Positions 47,171 through 64,000 of a stretch of 64,000 bases of DNA are shown here, piece by piece (the stretch's first letter is position 1; each line of letters starts with the position of its first letter). The notes under the pieces were generated by a model. It was not told the DNA's origin, ran no database searches, and saw only the letters and a program-made list of their open reading frames with translations. The translations under genes were made by a program, and so were the position numbers. The stretch is from the human T2T-CHM13v2.0 reference genome, Homo sapiens: the NCBI RefSeq assembly GCF_009914755.1, contig NC_060926.1; one strand, 5' to 3'.

Positions 47171-48229
47171 ACAGACATCATTGCTATTTCCATCCTAGCA
47201 CATGTCCTCAGGCCACTGCACCTCCCCCAGGCATCATCAATAATTCTTCATGTCCTCTTGAAGCACATGTGACATGGCATTCCTGCTGCACAGCCACCTG
47301 TGGCAACAAGGAAGGGAGCAGCTCTCCCTGCTCAGCATCACTCTGTTAGAGGATTCTAAGGGGATGAACTGCTTGTGCTCCAATGTCTTCTAGGGTTTTT
47401 AGTGAAATGGCTCCTTCTGTTTTACCTTCATGAGGCTGGAGGAGGAGTCCTGAGTGGGGAGGTGCTGAGTTGGAAGGAGCCAAGAGCCATGCTCTAGCAG
47501 AGAGGGCACTGCCTTGGGTACAGGTGCTGGGCCTGGGAGCTGACTCTGCCACTAAAAGGCCATGAGACCATGGACAAGTCACTCTCATTTTCAGGCCTCC
47601 ATTTCCTCACCTGTATCACGGGGGCCGGACTCAGCGATTCTCAAGCTGCTCTGGGCCCCCAGCCTTACTTCTGCCATAGCAGCTCCTGTTTGGTCTATTT
47701 TAGAATGTGAGCTTTTGTGAAAATTTCCTTTAAGGAATGGGTTCCACTGCTTTAAAAACACTTGGAAACAACTGGACTAGAAGATCTAAGGTCCCTTCCA
47801 GCCCCTACATTTTTGAGCATAAAACCAATCTTGTTTTTTTCACCATTGTGCCAAGGAAGCACTGGTTCCAAGAATTAATGGAAAATAGATGATTAAAGGC
47901 CCATCTCCTGCCAGGCTCGCTGCCATGGCAAATCTACCATGACTGGGTAAAAGGTTTTGCTTCACATCCATCCTCAGCACCTTCTCACTTCCTTCTCACT
48001 TGCTTCTGCCACTATTCCTAAGCAAGGAAAAGAAAGGGAAATTTTAAATCCATTGCATAAAATGCAAACCAGCCTAGTAAACAAAAATGTGGAAAAGATG
48101 GCAAGGGATAAATCATGTGCCTTTTCAGCCTTTATAAACAGACTTTGGGAGCTTTACAAAGGCTTGACTTATGGCAATGGAAGCTGGCAGCCCTCCGTAG
48201 TTCATTCCAGATGTTTGGTGCTAGAGAGA

Positions 48230-48465
48230 ATTACAGGGCAGTGGTTAATAGTTTGGGCTCTGCGGTCAGAAAGATATGAGTTCAATTCCTTGTGCTTCCA
48301 TTCACTAACTGGGTGATCTTGGTTAGATGTGCTGGACTGTAAAATCATCATCATCACCATATCTATTTTATTGAGTTATCATGAGGACTGGGAGTGAGTT
48401 AATACATGTACAATGTTTAGCACAGTGCCTAGCACATAGAAAATACCCAATAAATTAGCTCTTTG
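48230..48465 (+). mobile_element. MIR
   Basis: gcagtggttaa...gagttcaattc...gagttaatacatgta...gcacagtgcctagcacatag. Confidence 0.7.
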
Positions 48466-48556
48466 ATGTTATTGTTGTTAGAATTACTACTCCCATTGGC
48501 TTCCAGGAAGCTCAGAGATCAGAGCTCAGTTGAATATTCAACTAAAAAAATCCTCC

Positions 48557-48902
<346 letters not shown>

Positions 48903-49252
48903 TTATGGCATCTTTTAAGATAGTTGTTATTTATCGAGTGCTTATTTTTGCCAGGACTTACAGGCACTACCCTACACCTAGCACAGTGCTTAGGGTATTG
49001 GAAATAACTCAATAAATTGTGGCAGAATAAATGAATGATCTTATCCAATGCTCCCAGCAACTCTAAGAAGTAGATATCATTATCTCAATTATAGTAGACT
49101 TTTTTTGTTATTATTGTTGACATCTGAGACTACTTCCTGATTGTGGGGAATCTGCCCTTGTGTGAGGGTCTCATCTTGGATGCTGAGAAAGTGAAAAACT
49201 CCCCTGGACCTCTGGTAGCAGGAACACAGATATACAAACCAAGTACAGCTAA

Positions 49253-50056
<804 letters not shown>

Positions 50057-51350
50057 TCATCTACCTACAATCCATTTTGGAAGGAGGTAAGGTCTTGTAA
50101 ATAACATCATATGGCATTAATTTGGCAAGAGTTTCTACATCTTGCCAGCCCATTACTTTACCAACATTCCTTTTCCTTCTGTAGTTTGTGAGTTCCCTTG
50201 AAACTTAATCAACCTCAAACTCTCTCAAGCGACTCCCCTCTCAGGATGTTTGGCTTCCATCCCCTCAGCAGCCCTTGTTGCCTCTAAGAAGATAAAGCAA
50301 AACTTGTGCTGCATCTCTTCCTCCCATTCTTTTCCTACCCATTTTATGCACAAACCATGCCAATGCCAGGCAGTTGGCTGTCTTCTGTTGAAAACAAAAA
50401 CCTTAGAGTGAGTCTTGTTGCCACATATGTGTGTGCTTGGGTTGAGGGCTGATTCATAAATCTTCCTTAAGAAAAAAAGGCCTCTGGGCAAGCTGGCAAA
50501 GGCTGGCTTTCATTTATTTGTTTTTTGTCACCTCCTTGATATCTCCTGCCTTGCTCCAGAAATGTGTTAGACCTCATGGGGAACACTGACAAACGCACAT
50601 ACAAAATAAGGAAAAGAATGATGAATTTCAAATTAGGATACCCGGGTTGGAATGCTGGCTTGGTCACTATCTGCAAAAACTTGGGTAGGTTACCTAACCT
50701 TTCCTAAGCTTCAGTTTCCTTATCTGTAAAATGGGCTCAGCTATACTCATATTCCATGGACTGTGGGGAAGTTTCAGTAGGAATGCATCTAAAAGCATCC
50801 ATCAAAGTGGCTGGTTCAAAGAACCCTCCCATAAATGTGTGTTGCTGTCAATTGAAATTCCCCCAGATGGTAAGGTCCTACACCTCCAGCTACTGGGGAT
50901 AGGGACATGTGAGAGTTGGGGTACATGGCAACATGGGAAAACCTATTTGCAATTGTGTTATGTTGGTTTAGATCAGTCAAATATCTTTTTCTATTTCTTG
51001 GCAAGAATGCTTGTCAAATAGAGCATGCAGGGACCCTGAGCAACCAGGACTGTTGGCATGACAAGCGGGCGAGCAGAGGATGGGGGAGCCAGAAGAGAAG
51101 GTGCTGAAAGGAAGAGCTGAAAACAAGCTTGACCCATCACTCAAAGTTGTCTAATAGTCCTTGAATCCAGATGCCTCATGGCCCTAGGAGGGCCAAACAC
51201 ACTCGGGGGTTGGAAAGGAAGCATCACAGTGCTGGTGTCAGGATACCTGAGTTCCAGCCTTGTCTTTGACATTTATGAGGTGTATAAACTGGGAGGGTCA
51301 CTTCAGCTCTCTGAGCCTTAGTTTTGTGTACTGTAAAGTGGGAGAAATAA

Positions 51351-51712
<362 letters not shown>

Positions 51713-51744
51713 ACAAAGGCATAAACAATAAACAAGAGATTGAT

Positions 51745-52240
<496 letters not shown>

Positions 52241-52662
52241 CCTGAGAGATCGACTTTAAACTATTTGGTGCTGTACCCATTTTGCTTTGTATAGATAACA
52301 GTTGATCATTGCTACACAATAGTCAGTAGTCTGCTCATAAGTAATATCACAATTATTCTTCAGACTTAGTAAGAGCTGGCTTGAGAACTGTGTCAGGAGT
52401 AAGTTCGGCAGGGGAATGGTAGAGATGAAGAGGCTTAAAGAACAGTTTGTTTCTCTCTCATAGAATAATCCAGGTAGCTCCAGGTAGCTCACAGCTCCAT
52501 CTTCCCTAGGGCACGAGCAACTTTCTCAGGATACAAAATGTCAGCTAGAGCTCCAGCTGTTATATCCTTGTTCCAGACAGCAGGATGAAGACAGAGATGA
52601 AGATTGCATGCCATTGGCTTTTAAGGAAAGGTCTCAGAAGTTGCCACAAACACTTCTACTAA

Positions 52663-52961
<299 letters not shown>

Positions 52962-53636
52962 ACTTCTACTAACATCTAATTGACCAGAACTCACTAGTAT
53001 GATCATATCTAGCTGTAAGAAAGGCTGGGAAATTTAGCCTTATTCCAAAGAGCCAGTTAAAAATTGGGGTTTGCATTATTATGAAAGAAAAGACCAGGTA
53101 TTTGGTAGATGTATCAGTCAGCAAATGCTATAATAATTCTGCATAACAAACCATGAGCATACAACAATGAGCTTTTGTTTTCCTTGCCCTCAGGGCTGTG
53201 GGTTGGCTGGGAGGCTCTGCATCAGGCTACAGGGCTGCCGGGCTTGGTGGAGGTATACTGCACTCACACTAATGGAGGGCACTGCAAAATCACATAACAA
53301 AGGGTATGAGTGTAAAATTCTAACACCAGAAGCGTCTGCAGAATGATAAACAATGATTCATTTATACAGAGGACAACCAAGATTGCCAGGAAATTCAATG
53401 TCTGCAGTCTTGGTCCCCGGAGACCTCCCAGGAACCTGCTGCTGCTGCTGTCCTACAATTCAGCTCCCAGTGTAGCTTCCAGTTCTGATGATCCCACTTC
53501 CCCGGTTACAGATTAAGCTAGTCCAGCCTCTCACATGAGCTTTTTAGGCCACAGTCCCTAGTTTCAGCCTAACCAGACACCTGCAGCCTTTTCTCTAAGG
53601 TTTTGCCAAGACAAACAGAGTAGTTCAGGATGCCTC

Positions 53637-54259
53637 TAAGGGAGAAGGAAAGTGGGAAAAATCATTTGGGAAAAATTCAGAGTGCAGAAGCAGCCTGCCT
53701 GAAAAGTTGCTGGAACAGACAAAAATAAAACAACCTGGGGAAAATAAAACAAAACAAAACTCAGGCTGGACCTGGACAGATAAACAAACAGGATCCCGCA
53801 CAGGAGTTCTTTATTCTTTGTCTAATTAGCAAGCTCCCAGGAAAAAATTTTCTCCCTTTTTCAGTCAGATACATGGTGAGAACTTGCACACGGAGGAGGG
53901 GGGATTACCTAAAACAAACTCACAGTATACAAACAAGAGAAGCTGTGCTTTGTGCTTACCTAAAAACATACCCACAGCTGCATGAGATAAGGGGCGTCGC
54001 ACAGACAGCCTTACTGATAAGAGAAGTTACTCAAACTGCTACAGAGATGAGAGGGGTTTCTCAGCTGTAACCTGGCAATCCACTCTGACTCCTCTCTCTG
54101 CTGCAGAGAGCTTTATTTCTTTCACTTATTAAACTTTCCCTCCAACACCATGTTTGTGTCTGCGTTCCTAATTTTCTTGGACATAGGACAAAGGACCTGG
54201 GGTACCAGTTAAGACAAAGAGAAACTGCTACATTAAGGTGGGTTGGTGAGACTGCAACA
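53637..54259 (+). mobile_element. ERV1-type solo LTR (subfamily not assigned)
   Basis: 4-bp TSD CCTC; LTR-like R/U5 (ctgctgcagagagc...attaaa...ttcttggacatagg...actgcaaca). Confidence 0.7.
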
Positions 54260-54767
54260 CCTCTATGTAGGGCCAGAAGCCATTTTCCTCTGCCCCACTT
54301 CCCCGGGGGCCAGCCAGAGTCAGACCCATTTTTCCCGTTCAAATTCCCCAAACACAAAAGCTTCATCATGCCATTTTCTATTACAATTGGGCTTGAAGGT
54401 ACATCTACAAGAGAGTGAAAGCCCAGGCAACTTGTCCCTTGAGTTACAAAGAATTCCGTTTATCTTTCCTGGGGTAAGACTAAGTCTACAGCAGTAAAAA
54501 TTCAGCACTCAGATTGGTTTTCAAAGGCTGACCTTTCCATTATTTACATTCTTAATGAATCATCCTGCTTAATTGTAATCAGTGGAGCTTAAGGCAAATT
54601 TCCAAAAGGTTTGGTCAAACTTTTGGTGTAAATAATCTCAGTGTATCTATTTCAACTTTACTTAGTCCGCTTCCATTAGTAACATGAAGAAGCATTTTCT
54701 TGGGTACAACCCAAAGTTAGCACCAATTATGAAATCTATTGGTTAGTTCAGCAAATTAAACAGTTAC

Positions 54768-55074
54768 TTTTGTTGTTGTTTTTTGAGACAGGGTTTTGTT
54801 CTGTAGCCCAGGCTAGAGAGCAGTGGTGCCATCTCAGCTCACTGCAACCTCTGCCTCCTGAGCTCAAGTGATCTTCCCACCTCAGCCTTCCTAGTAGCAG
54901 GGACCATAGGCACCTGCCACCATGCCCCGCTAATTTTTTTTTTAATTTATTTTTTGTAGAGATGGGGTTTCTCCATGTTGCCCAGGCTGGTCTCAAACTC
55001 CTGGCCTCAAGTGATTCACCCGCTTCAGCCTCCTAAAGTGTTGGGATTACAAGCATAAGCCACTGCACCCAGCC
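54768..55074 (-). mobile_element. AluJ
   Basis: Dimeric Alu with gttacttt flanks. Confidence 0.9.
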
Positions 55075-55123
55075 AAAATGGTTACTTTCAGTAACAGCTG
55101 TGGCCACCCCCTCCTCATGGAGG

Positions 55124-55425
55124 TTTTTTTGTTTGTTTGTTTGTTTGAGACGGAGTCTCACTCTGTCCCCAGGCTGGAGTGCAGTGGCACAATCCCAGCT
55201 CACTGAAACCTCTGCCTTCTGGGTTCAAGTGATTCTCCTGCCTCAGCCTCCCGAGTAGCTGGGACTACGGGTGCCTGCCACCACTCCCGGCTAATTTTTT
55301 GTATTTTTAGTAGAGATGGGATTTCACCATGTTGGCCAGGATGGTCTCGATCTCTTGACCTCGTGATCCGCCTGCCTTGGCCTCCCAAAGTGCTGGGATT
55401 ACAGGCGAGAGCCACCACTCCCGGC
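55124..55425 (-). mobile_element. AluSc-like
   Basis: caggatggtctcgatctcttgacctcgtgatc. Confidence 0.9.
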
Positions 55426-55439
55426 TTTTTTTTTTTTTA

Positions 55440-56000
55440 AATACAGTTAAACATACATGTATCTTGTGACCCAGAAATTCCACCTCTAGGTATTTTTACC
55501 TTAGACAAATGAAACCTATGTCCATCCACCCTACACAAAAACTGGTACCTAAATGTTCACAGCAACTTTATTCTTAGTAGCCAGAAACTGGAAAAATCCA
55601 AATGTAACATCCAACAACAGATAAATGGATACACAAATTGTGGAATATGCATGCAATGGAAAAGTATTCCACAATAAAAGGAAGGGACTGCTAATATACA
55701 CAACAATGTAGATGAATCTCACAGATATTATGCTGCATGAAGGAAGCCAGACATAGGAGACTGTATACTGTATGATCCCATTTATATGACATTCAACAAA
55801 AGGCAAAACCAATCTATGGTGATAGAAATCAGAACAATTGGGGTTGACTGGAAAAGGGCAAGAGGGAACTTTCTAAGTGATGAAATGCTTTCTATCTTAA
55901 TTGGGGTAATGGCTACATGGTGAATGCATTTGCCAGTAATCATCAAACTCTGTAGGTTAGATCTGAGCATTTCACTGTGTATAAATTATACCTCATTTTT
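55440..56000 (+). mobile_element. Old L1 3' end
   Basis: gacccagaaattccacctctaggtattt...gatgaatctcacagatattatgct...tactgtatgatcccattta. Confidence 0.75.
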
Positions 56001-56198
56001 AAAACTTTTTTTTTTAAGTTGGGCTATTTCCTCAAATGTTCCAACAACAAACTGAGGAGATCCATGTCCCAAGTGTTAATGGGGCACTGGTGACTTTAGT
56101 GGTGGAGAGGTGGTTTGTCATATGTGGTCAGCAGCCAGCTGGCAACATTTTCATTTTGTGTTGTCAGTTAATCATTTGTGAAAGAATTTTCTGAAAAT

Positions 56199-56621
<423 letters not shown>

Positions 56622-57284
56622 TCAATAAATCAGTCTGGGGCTCTGCTAACACTCAACCACCAGAAAGAAACAGTGGTGTGACCCTGGGCAATGTATTTGT
56701 CACCTGTCCTCCATCCTGGGCCTCGGGGCCTCAGGGCTCCTGGAACAGGATGTTCTTGATGACTCTCCCTGACCCAAATCCTTTATAATCTCCAGGATGT
56801 CATCCCTGCCAAGAAGAGCAAAAATCTCTCTTGTGCTGAAGGCCTTGCTTTGTTTGATGTGGCCTGAGAGGCCATGAGTTTTCCCTCACATGCTCGATTG
56901 GGCAAGCTGTTTCTGGCACAGAGCTATACCAAAAACAAAAACAAAACAGAAACGGTGCAGAAGTTGCAAAGGAAACTGGGGAGCCCTTTCTCCCTTTTTT
57001 GCTAAATTTTCTGTCTTTAGAACATGCTTTCTGCCCGCCCAGCAGAGGGAAGACACTCTCCCGATCAGGCGAGGTGATCACTGGGGCTCTCTCTTCCTCC
57101 TCTATGTTTCTGTCCTGCTGGCTGCTGGTGGTCCCAGCCAGGTCTCCTGTTCACTCTGCCCACTTGGATGACCACATACAACGAACTTCCAGGAGTTGGC
57201 TAAGGGATGGTCCCCTCCATTCTTTTCTCTCTCTGTCACCATCTCCTCAGTCTCATCCAGAACACTTGCCTCAGTACCTTCATA

Positions 57285-57528
57285 ATACACACCACACATA
57301 CATGCACACACATAGGCACATGCACACAACCACAACCACATCTACACACCATATCCATGGCATACAGCACAAATACACACCAAACCACCCCTCACACCGC
57401 ACATACACTTACAGACCACATACAAATACCCATCACATACATGCAGATGCTAACCATGCATAATGGCACACCAAACACAAACTCTCTCTCTCTCTCTCTC
57501 ACACACACAGACACACACAGACACACAC
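57285..57528. repeat. Degenerate CA-rich low-complexity tract ending in (TC)n(CA)n
   Basis: Directly visible. Confidence 0.85.
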
Positions 57529-58044
57529 AAAGCTATTGTTTGGTGCAGGAGCTACATCAGTACCAGCTTCTGTCCTTCCCTATCCTGGAGTGCTTCTCAA
57601 ACCCCAGGTCCCAGAGAAATGTCACAGAGGCTTATTGTCTCCCTATCTCAACCATGAATAACTGGCTAATATGCATCAGTGATGCTGCTTTGGGCAACCA
57701 GCAGAAGAGATGTCCTTCCAAGCTCTCAGCCCACTCCACTCTGCACAATCCTGCCAGTGACCGTGGTTGCTGATCACTTCAGGGAAGTCATTGGTGGAAT
57801 AAACAATGCACACAAGTAGGACACACAACAGTTGTGTTACTGGTTGTTAAAATATTGAAATACTTCTGTACCAGTTAATGAACACCTGCTGTCCCCAACC
57901 CCCTGAAGGTCCTATCCTCTGTTGCTTTGGCCTCTCTTCCAGGCCTTGCTAGGATTCACCAAATAAAGTGTTAACGTGTCTCATACAAGATGTACAATAC
58001 AAGGTGGAGACAGGGCGGGGTGGACTAACGGTGAAAGAGGCGGT

Positions 58045-58690
<646 letters not shown>

Positions 58691-60444
58691 ATTCATTCAA
58701 AAAGCAGAAAAGAATTGATCCATATCTGGATGCTTGGAGCGCAAGAAGGAAGGGGTAAAGGGAGATTGGCATGGGTAGGGGCAGGGAAGCACAGAGGCAG
58801 GCATGTTTCCTAAGGCAACAGAACAGGTAAGTCCAGAACAAAGGCTCCAAGATAAGATGGCCCGGGGTGACTCTTGGCTCACCACTCCCTAGCCACATGA
58901 CCCTTGGGAAAGTCACTCAGCTTTTTCTACTTCAGGGGAATCATCGTAGTGCTTTCCTCCCAAGGAGGATGGAGACAAGGTAATGCATGTAATGCACCTG
59001 GGATTACCTGGCGTGTGATACCTGCCAATTCATATCAGTATTCTTGAGAACCTAAATCCCTCCAGCAAGTGAGGGATGGTCCCAGAGCAGGGGACAGTCC
59101 TGGGGGCTGCAGGTCAGTGCAATGAAACCTAGCCCACTGGCTCTTACCCTTAAAAGAAATACTCTGTGTCAAATGGAAAACTATGTTCCTCATTCTAATC
59201 ACCAGGATAACCACAGTCCTCTTTGGAATAGCATTTTAAAAGTTGCAACATGGTTATGACACACTTGCTTGTCAATGTCTTAAAACTACCCTTCACAAGG
59301 AAGCAGAGTATCCTCGTTTCCACTGAAAATGAAACGGAGACTTCTGCCTGGGAAGTGTAGTCCCTGGAATAGGCCAGGTCCTCTGGCCCCTCGGTCCCAC
59401 ATGAGCTGGAAGGCTCAGCTCCTGCCCCATTCCCACTCCCACCCCTCCCCCACGGTGCCAAGCCCAGCAGGACGGCTTCCTGGGCAACTCCACCATGGGC
59501 ACACCCCTGGCCCTCAGGGCTGTTGCCTGGAGAACTCATTGGCCTCCTGGGAGGTCCCCAGTTGCCAGGACAAGGCTATGTGGGATGGCTTCTCCAACAA
59601 CAACTCGACATCTCCTCTGCAGGGGTGCCCCTGACACAACAGCTGGCCACTGGGCCTCCCGGCACCCACCCTGTCTATGCACGGGGCTTGTCATTCTGAT
59701 CTCAGCAGTCTTCTCAAGGAGCAATAATCTTGGCTCAGCTCTTATCGTGCTGGACTGATGAATGGGGGTGCCTGGTGAGGCCCCAACCTTTCCACAGAGT
59801 CCACACATCACTTCAGGTGAGTGTGGGAATCAAGTTTGGAGACCCACGCTGGACAGGCTTATCTAAATCGTAAGTAGCTCTTGGGCAATGCGGAACTCCT
59901 TTTTACAGCCCACCCTGCTCTCCTCCCCTATATGTAGGATTCATGGTTGTAGCAAGTGTGAGGATGGACAGGCTCACACCTGTGACCACTGTGTCAGAGA
60001 CCACATAGACACAGGGCTCCCGGCAAGCTCCAACCTGACCACAGGCTGCTGTCCCAGCCCAGCCTTCCTGCAGGTCAGCCAAGGAAGCGTGTAGGAAACC
60101 CAGTGACCAGAGACCCTAACATGTGGCCTTAGAGCTGATTTAGAAACTGGAGAGTGAAGGCATGGAGTGAAGACACTAGCAGAGTCAGGCCCGTGAAGGT
60201 GAGGTTAGGGAAGTAAGATTCCCCAAGGAGGGAAAAGTGGAGCTGCCGTTTCTCCTTCAGGGGCTGGCATTACTTTTGGTCTATCTGTGTGTGCTCTGCC
60301 ATTTATTGACTTGGGTGTCTTTAGACACGTCATGGTCACTTCTCTGACCTTCCATTTTCTCAGCTATAAACCAGGCTATTGTTGACAATAATAATAACAG
60401 TAATACATTTAGCATTGTTTAAAGAGTTAAAGGAAATAATGCAG

Positions 60445-61726
<1,282 letters not shown>

Positions 61727-63294
61727 AAAGAATGCAAGTAAAAGCAATTACAAATGGCAACATGTTAGAGGACTGTTTGTTTCTTCTTCTACCTCTCCAG
61801 GAATGTCCTCATTTTTTTCTTCTTTTTATTCAACATTTGCCCACTCAAATCCCAGTTCAAGTTTCCCTACTTGTAAGAAATTTTCTGACTTTTTTGCCCC
61901 ACAGTAATTCTGACCTTTCCCAAGTCTCTTGCATTTAGTAATTACCACATGATATCACTTGTTGTTAGCTTATCTCCCATCAATGCTCCTTGGGGTGAGG
62001 AATTGTGTCTTTACTCTTCTAGTGTGTCTGTGGTTCCCAGCTCAGTGCCAGACACACTATGGTTAATCAATAACTACTTGCTAACCATGCATTTATAATG
62101 GATAAATATACACTTACAAATATGTATCCGTATAATATTAGTTTATCAGGATTTAGTTCGTTTATATGAAAGTTGTTTGGAAACTGTGAAGAATAAGCAA
62201 AAAGAGTTGTTGGACTTGAGCAATTATTTTGGTCTTGGTTAAGGATGAGTTCCTGAAATAATTTATTGTGAAGATGCACACAAGGTAACCCCAGGGAGCA
62301 CACCTCCAAGAAATATAGCCAGGGCCCACAGGACCTGGGGAAGCCACACAGCTTTTTATTCTCTGATTCTTTCTCTCAATCCCTCCCTCCCCGTGTTCCT
62401 CATTTCTGCCTCTCTTAGCTTGTTTTATGGCCTTGAAAATCTCCTAATCTGCAATAACTCATTGTTTTGGGTTACCATGGTACCAAAAATGGCCTCAACT
62501 CTCCCTGATCTTACAACTCCAATGGCCCACATTACTTAACTGGTTTCTGTGTCTGTTATTTCAAATTCCAGAGAGAGAATCTGAATGCTCAGCTTGGATC
62601 AGTTCCCTCCTCTGGTTCAATCAGTTGTGACCAGGGAATGGGTCCCCCAGGAAAACATGTCCATTCAGGCAGCACCATCTTCCTGGGGGCTGTGGAGCCC
62701 CTCCCAAGTAAGGAGCCTGGTCTACAAAGGGCCATCCTGCTGAACACACTCAATTCCCAGCTACTCAGGCCCCAACAACACACTCACCCTCCATGCAGTC
62801 ATTGGCTTAGGGCTATTCATTTCAACAATAATTTTTTTTGGCTGCCCTGTACCTTCCCAGAATACTTGAGGCCCTGGAAAGGGAAAGGAAATCTTGAATT
62901 ATAATGGCCCTGACTTCCAAGATCTTTTTCTAGTGGCTTGACTCAACCATTGGACCGACGGGCCAGTTAAAGGCTAGAACATGGAGTAAGTATGGTAATT
63001 TCACAACAGAAATGTGGGAACACAGGCTTGAAAGATAGGCCAACAACACTAGATGGAAATCAGCAGCTATCTTCGACTATCAGATTGACAAATATTAAGA
63101 AGAATGACAACATGCAATATTGGCAAGGTGTGGGGAAACAGGTACTGTCATGCACTGGTGATGGGAGTGAAAAATGAAGCAATGCTTCTGTAGGCTACCT
63201 GGCAATCTCTACCAAGATAGTAAATGTTCATTCCCTGATCCAGGAATTTATGTAAGTTCAGTTGGCTCTCCAGATCCAGGAGTTTATGTAAGTA

Positions 63295-63962
<668 letters not shown>

Positions 63963-64000
63963 TCAAGGATGTTTGTATATGCATGTGAATGCAGTGTTTT

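Noticed and set aside
57207-57773. His/Thr-rich 188-aa ORF
   Set aside because: CA-rich low-complexity DNA.

Overview
Primate (most likely human) genomic DNA, rich in repeats, containing the 5' end of ST3GAL5 (GM3 synthase) on the minus strand. Coding exon 1 (20982-20901; [27 protein letters not shown], phase-1 GT donor) lies in a CpG-island bidirectional promoter with CRE, CCAAT, GC-box and CTCF-like motifs. Positions 1-20900 are intron 1, and exon 2 lies outside the window. A divergent plus-strand spliced non-coding transcript (ST3GAL5-AS1-like) is supported by a clean donor/acceptor pair (21881/22798). The remaining ~41 kb is upstream intergenic DNA made of Alus, L1/L2/MIR relics, DNA transposon relics and solo ERV/MaLR LTRs, many with intact target-site duplications (TSDs). 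Almost every ORF in the track is a repeat-derived artefact. I found no convincing new biological system. The best leads are regulatory: candidate poison exons in intron 1, a 5'UTR G-quadruplex, a strong hairpin with three E-boxes in the antisense intron, a same-sense LTR12 40 kb upstream, and a possible unannotated plus-strand spliced RNA near 58.8-59.8 kb. Repeat subfamily names are recalled by eye and their boundaries are approximate unless a TSD is quoted.
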